A stretch of DNA of 64,000 bases from Convolutriloba macropyga (lineage: Eukaryota), in NCBI RefSeq assembly GCF_964194025.1, contig NC_134468.1, forward strand, positions 20,460,001 through 20,524,000. The letters are read 5' to 3'. Under the pieces are notes generated by a model, which was given only the letters and a program-made list of their open reading frames with translations, did no database searches and was not told the DNA's origin. Position 1 is the stretch's first letter, and each line of letters opens with the position of its first letter. The translations under genes and the position numbers were made by a program. Of the stretch, positions 46,597-59,300 are shown in pieces.

Positions 46597-47420
46597 TTAA
46601 GGTTAATGCTGCATGTTCACGTAAACTAGACTGGCAAAAAGTAAAATCAGGTTTTGGGAAGTAATAGATAACATTTTTCTGAATTATTGAATTTTCGGGA
46701 CCATCATAAGTAAATTTTGAAAAATCGTCAAATGAACGTGTAGGAATAAAAATCAATGAAATGTGATTTAAAATACTTGAGTTTATTGCGTTTAAATTTT
46801 CAGCTGTTTCGCACAATCTTATAGATTGACAATGATACAATGCATGAGTAAAAAACTATAAAAAGCAATTGAAAGGTTTTTAAAAATTTTTAGCGATATA
46901 AAACTGGTGCAATTTCAAACTCCGAAATTACCCAATCTTTACAAATAGACCATATTTTTATTTATTTTCAGTCAATTATGTCTTTTGAGCCGATAGTTAT
47001 TTTCCCGTGCCCGAACTCAATGTTTTGGCGTACCCAACTGAATGAGGTGCTTTAAGTTTTTGTTAACACTGGAACAGATTCCGCAATAGAAAAGGCAACA
47101 AAAGCTTCAAAAAGTTCAAAATTAAACGTTTAATCAATTTTCGATAAAATTTACCCCTAATCAAAAATGGAGCGACGACAATTTTCTAAAAATTCTAGAT
47201 TTCGATGAATATATTTTATGATATCACCTGTTAGACCAACTGCAAAACGATGCAGTTAATAAAGACTACGAACCCTAATTCGAATTGGAGTACCAAAAAT
47301 TAGTGCCTGACTGCTTAGGTTTAGTTAACCTGAATTACTCGATAAAAGACAAAAGATACAATCCATCAGAAACAATAAATAAAAATTGTTAATGCCAAAA
47401 GGCAGTCCCATAGTGGATCA
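46597..47420 (+). repeat. DNA-transposon end beginning TTAA|GGTTAATGC (possibly Kolobok-like); further partial copy at ~48058-49150
   Basis: TTAA followed by a GG terminus; three copies in the window. Confidence 0.6.
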
Positions 47421-48227
47421 AATCCAAAACTTGTTTTGACGCTTGACAAATTGACCGTGCAGTTTTTGGTGAACGATCCGCTCAGTCAGGATACCAGGCA
47501 CCCCGCAGACAAATTTAATTTTAGGGAGGTGAACCAGTGAAATCAATTGACCTGTGTTTTGGAACCTCTGAACAACGAACCAAAAGTACTTCCGATAATT
47601 GTATGGCCTCTCATGATTTGACGTAGAAATTTTATCATAGTATGGGAAAAAATATAGATAGCTCTGGTTAGCAAAGCCTAAACTTTTTGATTAACATGGT
47701 CCGGAATTGATTATTTTTCATTGACACAACTTATGAAAAACTATCCGTTATCCGTATATGAAAAACTAGTTTTCTTCATTTGAACGTGTTTTTGTACGTG
47801 TCTATAGCCATCAGAAACAGGAAACAGCTGCTAATGGCCTGGCGACATTGGGCAATTGAATTTACAAAAGAGCAAATCCGACGAAATATCGATTGAAAAC
47901 GTAGCTCTTTGACTTCATTTTTGAAAGGAAAAGTTTTCCTCGTGAGTAAATTGAATTTCTTCTCGCTTATAAAATCAGTTTAAGTCTGGAACATTTGTTG
48001 TACAAGTAGTGAAAACCCAGTATTTAAATCCAAAATCGATTCAAAGAAATATTAAAAGGCAATTGAAAGGTTTTCTTTTAATTTTAGCGATCTGAAACTG
48101 GCGCAATTTTAAACTCCGAAATTACCCGATTTTTACAAATAGACAAGATTATTTTTTAATTGAAGTCAATTCTGACTTTAAAGCATATAATCATTCTTCT
48201 CGTGTTTGAACCCTGTGTATTGGCGTA

Positions 48228-48789
48228 CTCTAATCGAGACCTGGAATTTATGAAAAGACCTATTAACTTCAGATGGGGGGGGATATTGAATTAAATTACA
48301 CGGTCGAGGGATCCTAGTTAAATTCGAAGCTAATTCTTTCCATGAGTGCAGCCAATTTCTTTTCATGTGCAAAAATGAGGCAAATTAAAAAGTTCCGATA
48401 ACATCTGGGTTCGGTCTCGTGACCTCCAATCTTACCCAATGCTTACTCAATTGCGCTACATGTCCTTAACTTTACAGGAAATTGAAAACAAGTAATTATA
48501 ACGGTCGCGAGCGTAATTCTAAGACATGTTTTATTGTCCAGGCAAATTCCAGAACACTTTTATTGTCCAGCCAAACTCCAGAACACCTTTATTGTCCAGC
48601 CAAATTCCAGGACATATGTTTTAGTTCCAGTCAAATTCTAGGTCGGTTGTTTTAGTTCCAGCCAAAGTCCAGGGCATCACATTGGGTCCAGACAAATTTT
48701 TTTCATACTCAAAATCTGTCGAGGACAGTCTTTTCATACCTTAAATCTGTCGAGGACGGTCATTTAATAATTCCAGGTCTCGACTAGGG
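48228..48789. mobile_element. MITE with TA TSD (Tc1/mariner-type) carrying a tRNA-like relic and ~30-bp tandem arrays
   Basis: TIR C(T/C)CTA(A/G)TCGAGACCTGGAATT; TA at 48226-48227 and 48790-48791; empty site GGCGTACCCAAC visible at ~47027. Confidence 0.9.
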
Positions 48790-49984
48790 TACCCAACCGA
48801 ATGACGTGTGTTAAGCTGTTTTTAACACTGGAACAGATTCCGCCCTAGAAAAGGCAACAAAAATCTCAAAATTGAAGGTTCGATCAGTTTTTGGTAAAGT
48901 TTGCCCCTAATCAAAAATGGAGCGATGACTATTTTCTTGATATTCTACCAATGAAAATTCTGCCCAGAGATTTTGATAAAATGATTTCATTTCATTACTT
49001 GTTAAAGCAACTTCAAAACGATGCAAATAATAGTGACTGCTAACTTAAATTCGATTTCGAGTAGTAATAGTGGTGGCTGACTGTTAAGATTTGGTTGACC
49101 TGAATTAATCGACAATGCCAAAACAAATAAATGATCAGAAACAAAAATTTAAAAAATTAATTTTATATAGTTTTTTTTTATTTTATAAGGTTATTAGACA
49201 AACCCCTATCAGATCAAAACCATGCTTTGGTTTGAACGCTTGACAAAAAGACCTTGATAATATTTCTTGAAAGATCTGCTCTAATAGGCAACCGTTGAGG
49301 AAAAACTTAAGGAAATTCATTTTTGAAAGAACAAAAATTTTGTAGTCTGCAATCTGAGTTATAATGGATCAGCTCGCGTAACATTGCCGAAACAGATTGC
49401 TATGTTATAATAAAATAATGAATTTATCGACTACCTACTGCATTTTAACTGAATGCTTACTGAATTAATTTCCTTAACCAAGATAGCTCATGTGGACTTA
49501 ATTGCTACTCAAACCTAAATCAATAGCGTGAATAAATTACTTTCATATCTCTTTGTTAAGCTAGTTCTTCCATTTGCTTAGCTGTGCTCAGGTTTGGAAT
49601 TTTGGTTTTTATTCAAGGTTTGATTTTTAAGTGTGTAGTGGTTAAGAGTTCAAGAAGTGTTCAAACACTCGTTTTGTTTACAAGAAGGTTTCAAGAAATG
49701 TGCCAAAAATGGCCAAGACGCTCATTTTTAAAAATTGCTTGCATTCACTGAGTCTCCATCCCCCGTTCTAACGTTTATTAGCCATCACTTAATCCACTCT
49801 TCACTTAATTCCCGATTTCCTTATCATTTAATTCGATTCTTTAATAAAGACCGTTTTGTAGAAATGCATTGCAACCCGGACTTACGAGTCATTACACTTC
49901 AGAACGGAATCATGGATCTTTTACAGAATTCACGGAACACTGATCAAGGCCTATTTTTGACTGTTTTTTATGAGTTTTCATCAA

Positions 49985-50100
49985 CACTTCTGGTGATTAT
50001 CTGAACAGGATGAAAAAATACTCTGCTGATACTCTGAACAAGATGAAAAATATTGTGCTATTCGTCTGAAGAGGATGAAATGTATTCTACTGCTTATCTA
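49985..50100. repeat. Short ~33-bp tandem repeat, about 3 units
   Basis: TCTGAACAGGATGAAAAAATA-like unit repeated. Confidence 0.6.
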
Positions 50101-52202
50101 GCATGTTTTCTACATGTATTTTACTGTTCTACATAGTGGCTCAAGCTCAGAAAACTCAAAAGCTTCTATTTTAAGTAAAGCACGGCAATTCACTCGCATT
50201 TACCTCACATTTAATTTGTTCAAGAGGCTTTCAAGTGGCTTTGTAAATAAAGTGGCTGTGTGTCTGGTTCATAGTGAAAACACAAAATTGACAAAAATTA
50301 ATTGCCGATATAACGAAGAATAAAGAGTTAACAAAGCATGTAGAATTAACAAGTGGGTTTTACATTATTTGAATTTTATGAAATAATTAATGAAGAATTT
50401 AATAAATTCAGTCAGTTTAATACTGAGTTTAATTAGTAGAGTTTGATACAGTTTAGAATCTCCAACATCATCCACCGACCTCGACCAACCTCCACTTTGT
50501 TCTGGAAGCCGCGGATCGTGTTGCAGGTAAATAATCAGCCTCCAGGAGGTCAAACAAGGTGTCTACGTGTATCAAGGAAACTCCCTCCGTCTGCTTTTCA
50601 CATCCAGAAAGCACTCAAATGCACAAAATTTGGGTAAAAATGAGCGAAAAAATTAGAAGTTTTTTGCACGAATGTTAATTTATTGAGATCAATATAAATT
50701 CTGAGAATTTTAAGAATCATTGCAGAAAAACTCTAAACTCAACTGAATTTTTCTCAGAATTTACTGAAAATTGAGTGCATCTCTTACAGTGGTGTTCAAA
50801 CAAGTCGATAGACAAGCAAGCCGATAGGCAACAAGGTCAATTTTTGACATGTGAAATCAGTCAGGCCAATAATTTCACAAATAGCCGTTTTTATATTTTT
50901 CCCTGTCAAGTCGCTGGACTCGCTTGGCGCGCGTCTTCGATCTAAATCCCTCACGAGACGAGAGGCATGGTCATGTAGAGTGTATTCGGCCCATTTCAGT
51001 TCATTGAGCTCGGATTTTAGCACAATTCCAGCACATTCAGCATTCAGCGCATTTCTTACAAAATAATGATCTGAAACGGCGCTGCCATCACAACCCCAGG
51101 GTACGTCCAAATTTGAAGTAGGGTTTAATAACAGTCAATCAGAGAATAATGTACTCTAATCTGTTGTCTCTGCTGTCCCAGTTTCAATTTCGTTATATCT
51201 TCCGGTGACCATCTAACCTGTAGGCCAAGTAATACTGCGGCAATGTACCGAACAGAAAAGGGCCAACTATCTATTAGGTAACCAAGGGGTACACAATAAA
51301 TAAAGTTAAGATCATTTTACCTTAAAGGAGTTAAGGTAAACTCTTGTTAAGGTAAAGTTAACGTAACGTTTATCTTAACTTCACCTTAACTTGAGTGAAG
51401 GTAAAAATTTACCTTAACCTTGCTAAAGTTAAATTACATTATATAACCCTATTACTTTGTTCCTGATGCCGTTCTTGTTAGTCTTAAATCAACCAAACTA
51501 CACTTCAAAGCTATGGTAAACAGCTTTTGTTTCACTTCAACTCATTTTTAGTATTAGTTGGGGCGCCAAAATTGAAAAGATTGTAATTTGTGAAAGAATA
51601 TCGACAAGTGAGGCTAAAATGAATCAAAGGCGCTTTTCTGTATAAAACTAACTCCTTAATGTTTTGCAGAAGGGGGCTATTCTTGAATAGAATTTAAGCG
51701 AGCCATTCATTAACCAATCAGAGACGACTAATAACTCTCCACGCATGCACCTACTATGTTAAATTGAATAGAATAAAATACGCCATGGTATGGCAACTAG
51801 CCAAACCGGAATACAAAGCGAAAAGAATTTCCGACTGGCGGGTCGGTGGGCGCGCTTCGCGCGCGTCGCGGCTCTGCCGCGATAACCGACTCGCGATTTC
51901 CGGATTACATCCCACGGCGCATGAGAGGCATGGCCATGAACAGCGATCCACAATTGCGCTTAAACTATTATTCGTCTATCTAAATTTTATGCCAAGTATG
52001 TGTGGAATGATACCCAATTTTATATGAGGTTTTAGGCATGCGCCCGTTTTCCCCATCTTTTTTAGGGACGTATTACTCTAACAGTCGCCTAGTTATAGCC
52101 AATCTTTTCACCAATTGCCTCCATTTTTGGAAAGCGAGCAATTTATTAACCAATCAGAGACGACTAAATTAACTTTCCACGTATGCGCATGCTATGTTAA
52201 GC

Positions 52203-53013
52203 CCGGTGGCCGACAGGGCGTTTAGCCGACAACCAAAATATGAGAAATTTAACCGACAATTTAAGTAAAATAAGCAATAAAGCTTATTGAAACTGATTGG
52301 ACAGTTTAAAACACGATTTCGTAAGCGGACAAATACTGGTTCTTTCAGCAACTAGTGTAACGAAGGTCTCTCCGTGGTTGGACCGTATTTTACCGCATCT
52401 GGCCATGCCTCGCGGGCCATGGCCATGCCTCAGCGGCACGTGGGACTTGATATGAATCTATCACAACCGAACTACTGATTTATGGACCAATTATGGACTT
52501 TTATGGATCTTTTCTGTTTTTGCCCCCCCAGTCCTATATAACCAGGCTGTTTGCACCCCCCAAATATGTACTTTTTTGTCCTTAGAGATCCTTCAATTTA
52601 GGCACAATAACGTGCCGGCACCAGCACAAGATTGGATAGATTTTTGCTTCTGGTTATCAAAAAAAATTAGTGTCATAAAGCCAATCCTATGGAATATAAG
52701 CGCAAAAATAGTAAAATGACGCATTATTCTTTGTCTGCTTACATTATAAGCAAAGTTCAATTACCGTATACGTCTTAATTTCAAAACTTCGCTGCATAAT
52801 TAAATTGTAAATGCCGTTTGTGCGTAATTGTATATGTAATTGTATAAAATCCAAACAATATGCTATAACATGCGTAAGTGGGGGGTGCAAATGGACGTGG
52901 GGGGGCAAAAACAGAAAAGATCCACTTTTATTACCAATTATAAAACTGTCGGCTAAATTTCTCATTTTTTCCTTGTCGGCTAAACGCCCCGTCGGCCAAT
53001 TTTCCTAGCACCG
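52203..53013. mobile_element. Unclassified non-autonomous DNA transposon with GCCGAC subterminal repeats; related copies at 55078-55466, 55690-56544 and 57340-57702
   Basis: GGCCGACAGGGCGTTTAGCCGACAA..GAGAAATTTA(A/G)CCGACA and its reverse complement at the opposite end. Confidence 0.7.
52505..52923. mobile_element. MITE with GG..CC termini and 8-bp TSD, nested
   Basis: TIR GGATCTTTTCTGTTTTTGCCCCCC; TSD ACTTTTAT at 52497-52504 and 52924-52931. Confidence 0.92.
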
Positions 53014-53485
53014 TTACACCCACTAAAATAAAATACGCCTTGCTATATTAATTAGCCGAATTGGAAAACGAAGCGAAAAATTTCCGACTCGTGCGTCGGT
53101 GGGAGCGCTTCGCCGCGATAACCGACCCGCGCTTGCCGGATTACGTCCGTTATAGCCTGTTTTATTCAGGTAGATGTTGATGTTGATGAACTGTCGGAGG
53201 ATTTTTTTTTGCGAACAAGTTGGTGACTATTTAATACGCCAAATAATAGTTTCCCAAATTTCATTATCATTAACTTTATTGAACAGTTAGCCCTGAGCGA
53301 TTTCACGAAAAGCTGTTTACATGCCAGACTGGAAAACGCACTTTCCATTCGTGGCTTTGTTCAAAATTCTGTACATTTTATTGCATTTTTCTCCAATATA
53401 AGCACCTGAATGGCGGTAGAAATTAGAGCAGAACGCGCACATAGCCGAATGAGAAATGAGAATCAGGGCCGAATGCCTAAATTTG

Positions 53486-53646
53486 GGATCTATTCTGTCC
53501 CCCCCCCCCCCCCCCAGCTTAGTGAGCAAACTTTTTGCGACCCCCAGGCGCACGTGCTATTTTCTCACATAGTAACGTGCTATATAACATATAATTTGTA
53601 ACTGGGGGTCATCAAAAAAACTAGGGGGCCGAAACAGAATAGATCC
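53486..53646. mobile_element. MITE with GG..CC termini and 8-bp TSD
   Basis: TIR GGATCTATTCTGT; TSD TAAATTTG at 53478-53485 and 53647-53654. Confidence 0.88.
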
Positions 53647-54377
53647 TAAATTTGATTGGGGGAGGTTGCTACCTCGGATAGACCGTCATTACGCTATTTT
53701 GTATTTTCTCGCCTAAAACTACCTGTAAAGTAATGAGTTTTAAGGTCAACCAAATATGCGGCTTTAAATCTCATTTTATGACATTCTGCTCTGCGCGCGT
53801 TCGGCTCTATCGGCGTCCTCGCACCTAAATACTTTACGCCGATCATGGACATTCATTATTCATTTGGCTGAGCTAACACGCCACTACTTAATTAAATTTT
53901 TATGGTAAGCCGACAATTGAAAATACATTTTTAGATCTTTGTTATGGAGATTATGCACTTAGAAACGTGCGTGATAAAGGTGTTACAAGTTACTATAACT
54001 CATTTTATGTTATAAAGTAACCTGATACGCGTTGCTACTGCAATGTAATATAGAATTTGTTACGCGTTACTGATCAGCCAATCAGAATCAAGATTTGTTA
54101 CTGAGCGCGAGGAAATCAATGCAATTTGTTACAAGCTACTGGTTGGTACGTCATTTATACCACTTTTACTCCATGCTTTTATTTCTGTTACGAGCTACTA
54201 CATTTTGTAGGCCTACGTGTGTGTTACAAGCTACTGTAATTCAAGCATAGTTTATCACTTTTTCGGCCGCTTTGTTGTTTGTTGTTCACTCCAGTCTAAA
54301 CAAAACTGATCAGTCAGTTTACAATTTTGTCGATTAAATTTGTAAATTAGCGAATTACAAAAAGAGTCCTTAGCAAA

Positions 54378-54647
54378 ATGAGCGAGAGGAAGGCCGTGAT
54401 CAAGAATGCCGACATGGCAGAGGACATGCAGCAGGACGCCATTGAATGTGCGACTCAAGCCATGGAGAAATTCAACATCGAAAAGGACATCGCCGCTTTT
54501 ATCAAGAAGGAATTCGACAAAAAATACAACCCAACTTGGCACTGCATTGTTGGCCGAAACTTTGGTAGCTACGTCACCCACGAGACGAAGCACTTCATCT
54601 ACTTCTACCTCGGACAGGTGGCCATTCTGCTCTTCAAATCGGGCTAA
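54378..54647 (+). CDS. DYNLL: Dynein light chain LC8-type, intronless CDS
   Basis: [64 protein letters not shown]; AATAAA at ~54873. Confidence 0.99.
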   Translation: MSERKAVIKNADMAEDMQQDAIECATQAMEKFNIEKDIAAFIKKEFDKKYNPTWHCIVGRNFGSYVTHETKHFIYFYLGQVAILLFKSG

Positions 54648-55910
54648 ATTAACCCGAAAATACCCCCTGACAAACGACTGCAATTACGATATACCCATTC
54701 CTTCTTTCCGAGATGCAAGTTGACTTTGCATCGCTTCCCTACAATTTGCGGAACGCAATACTTAAACTTGATTTTAAAACTCTGCTATTTGTTTGAAATG
54801 ATTATTTTTTTGTTTATCTGCTGCTAGTATACAAAAGATAGTTTTAAAGATGTCATTTTGAGGAGAATAGCAATAAAGACACTTCTTAAAAAGCTTATTA
54901 ATACTGATAGATAATCCAACGATAGAGGTGGAAGTATGGTTACCGTGACGCCAAATTGGTATTACTTGAGGTTCAAATTCAACTCGGATAAGAATTTTAT
55001 GCGAAGTTAAGATCTTGGTCTTTTACGCTTATCAGCCTTTCAAGAACATAATGGCAGAATAAATAAGCTATGCACAACGGGGCTAGGGGTATTAGCCGAC
55101 ACACAAATAAATTAAGAAGACACGCCAATTGGCCGACAGATTTGATCAAGACTACGTGAAAAAGACCGAAATCGAAACTGTAATTTAAATAGTGTTATTA
55201 GAAGCGTCGACTTAAATTATATTCGGCCCTAATAATTTGTTCGGTTGTGATAGATTCATATCAAGTCCCACGCTCCGCTGAGGCATGGCCAAATTAGCTA
55301 GCAGTAATAGCCAATTAATGTTTGTTTTACAACTAAGGGACGCTACTTTTACCGCTTAATGCGCGGGTAATTATCGTCAACTGTTGTTTTAGAGTATTTA
55401 TATTTGCTCAAGTGTCGGCTAAAAGGTGTGTCGGCTAATTTGTATGTCGGCCAATTGACCGGTCACGATGCAAAACTACGTTGACCAAGATTAAAAACCA
55501 AAATTTGCGTTTGATCTTTGAAGGTCCGTGCTATCATCAGGTAGACATTACTTGGCGCAGCATTGAGCTATTACCACAGCCAGCCCTATTACAAAAGGAG
55601 GCAATTCTTGAATAGGAACTAAGTGACTGTAACTGACCAATCAGTTAACAAAAAACGTTACGCAAAGTTAAGAAGCAGGCCTGTTCCGGGTGGGGTGGCC
55701 GACGGGGCATTTCGCCGACAACCAAAAAATGAGAAATTCAACCGACAATTTAAGTAAAATGAGCAATAAAACTTGTTCTGAAGCTGTGATTGGCCAATTT
55801 AAAACGCTATTTCGTAAGCGGACAAATATTTTTTTTCATCAACTGGTTTAACGAAGGTCTATCCGTGACCGGACAGTATTTTACCGCATCTGGCCATGGC
55901 GATGCCTCAG

Positions 55911-56352
55911 GATTACTTACGTACAACTATGCCGACGTAATACTATGCCGACGTTTAAGAGTGCCGAAACTGAAATTGATTAAAGTGCCGAAACTGCTAT
56001 TACCAATTAATTATCAATTAAATGCTAACCGAATAATGTTTTCAAAGCAACCAGGGCACGCTGGTAAGTATTCGGTTGTGATAGATTCATATCAAGTCCC
56101 ACGGGCCGCTGAGGCATGGCCGTGGTCCGCAATTATCATTGTTTGTTTTAAATATTTCTCCCTCAAATTATCTTGTCCTAATCAATAATAAAATCCACAA
56201 AATCTCAACTTCATTGTGATTGGTTCAGAAATTTTGCGCACATATCAGTTAGTGATTTGATTGGTTTAGAAATTTATCGGGTGAAAAATTGAATAAATTT
56301 TCGGCACTCTTATAATCGGCATAGTATTATGTCGGCATAGTTGAACGTCACC
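55911..56352. mobile_element. Nested element with 8-bp TSD and subterminal inverted repeats
   Basis: TSD TGCCTCAG at 55903-55910 and 56353-56360; IRs ACGTACAACTATGCCGAC / GTCGGCATAGTTGAACGT. Confidence 0.8.
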
Positions 56353-59300
56353 TGCCTCAGCGGTGCGTGGGACTTGATATGAATCCGAATCTATCACAAC
56401 CGAACTACTGATTTATGGGCCAATGAGACCTTTACGACCAATTATGATAAAACTGTCGACTAAATTTCTCATTTTTGTTGTTGGCTAAACGCCCTGTCGG
56501 CCAGTTGGCTAAACTCCCTGTTGGCTAAACTCCTGGTGGCTCTAGTTCCGGAAAGTTTTGCACTAGTTGGTAAAATAGCGAGACACTGATTCGATTAAGC
56601 ATCTGGTACGTTGTCGACAAGACATGTGTGTGTATAGAATCCAAATGATCTGTTCAGGTTGTGCCCCCCCCCCCCCACTTAGAGCACGTACTAGTGCATA
56701 AATCATAATTTTAAATTATGGCGCGAGCCTCAGGGGTGCAAATAATATGCACCCACTATGATTTGGGGCACAAGCGGAAAAGATACTTAAAAAAAGGACG
56801 CCAGTTCTTGCGATAAGCACAACCACGAGATTTTGATATTTGTACTGCGTGACAAAAGTACTGCACAAGGGGTGAACTACACTCAGTTACGGGGCTGTGG
56901 ACAAAACTTTTGGACGATTCATTAGTCAATGACTTAGTAAAGGGATAGTCATTCTTCAGAAGACAAGACGGAATAGCTCGTGTTGTGCTGAAATTTGTCG
57001 ATTAGTCTTTATCTATGGTAACTTTAATTAAATAACAGTATGACAACAGGGTGCTAGGAATATTGTTGACACACACACTAAATACAAGTTAGAGTGTCAC
57101 AGGTAGATTTGCCTTTCCTTAGCTCACCTTACGTGAACTTTACCTGAAAAGTTAAAGTCTCGCCATCTTTAAAAGACCTTAAATTTAACTTCAACTTGCC
57201 TTAAATTACCTTAATTATAAAAATTCCCTCAACTTTGTCATAACCAAGCGAGAAATTTACCTTAAAATTAGGGTGAAACAATTAAGATAAGTGAAGGCAA
57301 AGTCAGGGGAACTTTACCGCCACCGTAAGGGTATTTATTTACGGTAATTTTGAATTAGCCGACAAGGAAAAAGTGAGAAATTTAGCCGACAGTTTTATCA
57401 TAATTGGTCAAAAAAGTCTCATTGGTCCGTGAATCAGTAGTTCGGTGGACCATTATCTTTGGTGTATGATCGGGTGGTGTGCTGTCCTTGGCCGCAACCC
57501 CAGAAGGGGGGTTGCGACTACGGATAGACCTTCGATACGCTAGTTGATAAAAACCAGTATATTTGTCCGCTTACAAAAGTGTTTTAAATTGGCCAATCAC
57601 AGCTTCGGAATGTTTTATTGCTCATTTTACTTAAATTGTCGGTTAAATTTCTCATTTTTTGGTTGTCGGCTAAACGCCCTGTCGACCAATACGGCGGCCA
57701 CCTGACAACAGCTCTAAACTCGCAAGATAACACGCAATTTGGATTTTCATCCATGTACTTCTTCCTATAATGTAACATTTAAAATTCTGCATCAGTGGAT
57801 CCTTATAAAATTAAACAATGGAAGATGCATTGGTGCTGAAAATGCTTCTCAAAGCGGAGAGTTTACCATGTCAAACTGGTGAGTTTTGCGTTCACTTTGA
57901 TAGCACTCCCATAGCCGCATGGGAGCTAGGAATTACCCGAACGGGCGCTGAGCCGATTGAAAAAAAGTCCGCCGAAGGCTTGAATTTGATTGCCCTAACA
58001 AACTAATTGCTAAATTGAATACAAATTTATCAAATGGCAAATTAAATCAGTAGTCGTGGGTGCTACGGTCGACGGATAGACCTTCGTTCCGCTGTGTATT
58101 TTTTTTCACAAAAAGCTACCTTTAAAGTAAATTAGAACACGGGAATTCTGCGCCTGTTCAACTCTACAAACGTCCTCCAAACGTACGAACCAAACAGTAC
58201 TAATTTACTTATCCGTTTTGATTAATAGTTTTAAATCAAAAAAAGTTAATTGATTGGCATGTTTTCAATAAAATGTCATCATTAAAAAGTCTTGCATCAA
58301 CTCTTGCGCTAAGTTGACATAAAAGACAACCTTGTAAAGCATAAAAGAGGGACATCAGAATGAAACTGAACTGATATTGTTTTGGAAATATCGTCACTAT
58401 GAGTTACATTGGTTCGTTCAAAACTGAAGATGCGGTTTTCAGTCCTTCAAATCAGCATATGAGCAGACTTTGCTACACTTGACCTATTTGGAGGTTAGGA
58501 ACTTTATGCTACCCCGCAATTTTCAATATATTTTGAGGAACAATTATAATTGAAAAGATATCGAAAAAACAAATAGGTTTTTGTAGAAAAATTTTAGATT
58601 TCTTGATTATATTTTATTTTCACGCAGTAAGTTTGCATTCAGTTAAATTTTTCCAGTTACAATTCAAGTCTTCTCTGTAAATTAATCGGATACTCGTTTG
58701 GTTTTTTTCAACTAAAAATTGAAGAACAAAAGAAACGAACGTCATAATCCGGTCTTTTTATCATATAAACCACTAAAAAAACAGCCCAAAGATTTTCATC
58801 TCATTTTCCCAAAGATTTTATGGGAAAATGAGATGAACTTTTTGTTCTGTCGTTTTGGCAGAGCATATGATTAGGACTTGCTTCAATAACACTTTTCTTA
58901 GTCAAATAGTGAAATTCAAAAAGCATCCATTTTAGCTCTCTATTTAGGAGGAGCATGTACTAATAGTACTAATTGTAACATGTTCAGAGCATTTTTAAAA
59001 TTTTTGTTTCGTTTCCTCTGAAAGGGATAAAACATTAGAATTGACATCAAAACTCATGTTAATAGTTGAGTCCGATTCAAAATTGAATCCTGGAAATTGA
59101 TTCTTGTTCAAATTCATGCCAAGAAAATCAATTATTAAAATTATGAATTTAGAAAAATCAAATATTCGGCAGTTTTTTATCAGAGTTGTTTTTATTCATG
59201 GTGTCATTGAATATCTAGGTCTTATTTTACAAATGCAACTAGTGGTTGCAAAGTCTTTTTTATCTTTACTCCATAATCTGTTACCACAATTAAATTATCA

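Noticed and set aside
50455-50635. CUB-like fragment (YQGNSLRLLFTS) between AG and GT
   Set aside because: In-frame stop and too short to support a call.
50775-51110. Insulin-like peptide suggested by minus-strand CCLSACLSIDLFEHHC downstream of an RRR site
   Set aside because: Needs a frameshift, spacing is CC-x3-C-x9-C rather than x8, and there is no proper B-chain spacing or signal peptide.
54255-54723. ORFs 54255-54683 (-) and 54406-54723 (+)
   Set aside because: Shadow frames of the GC3-rich DYNLL coding sequence.
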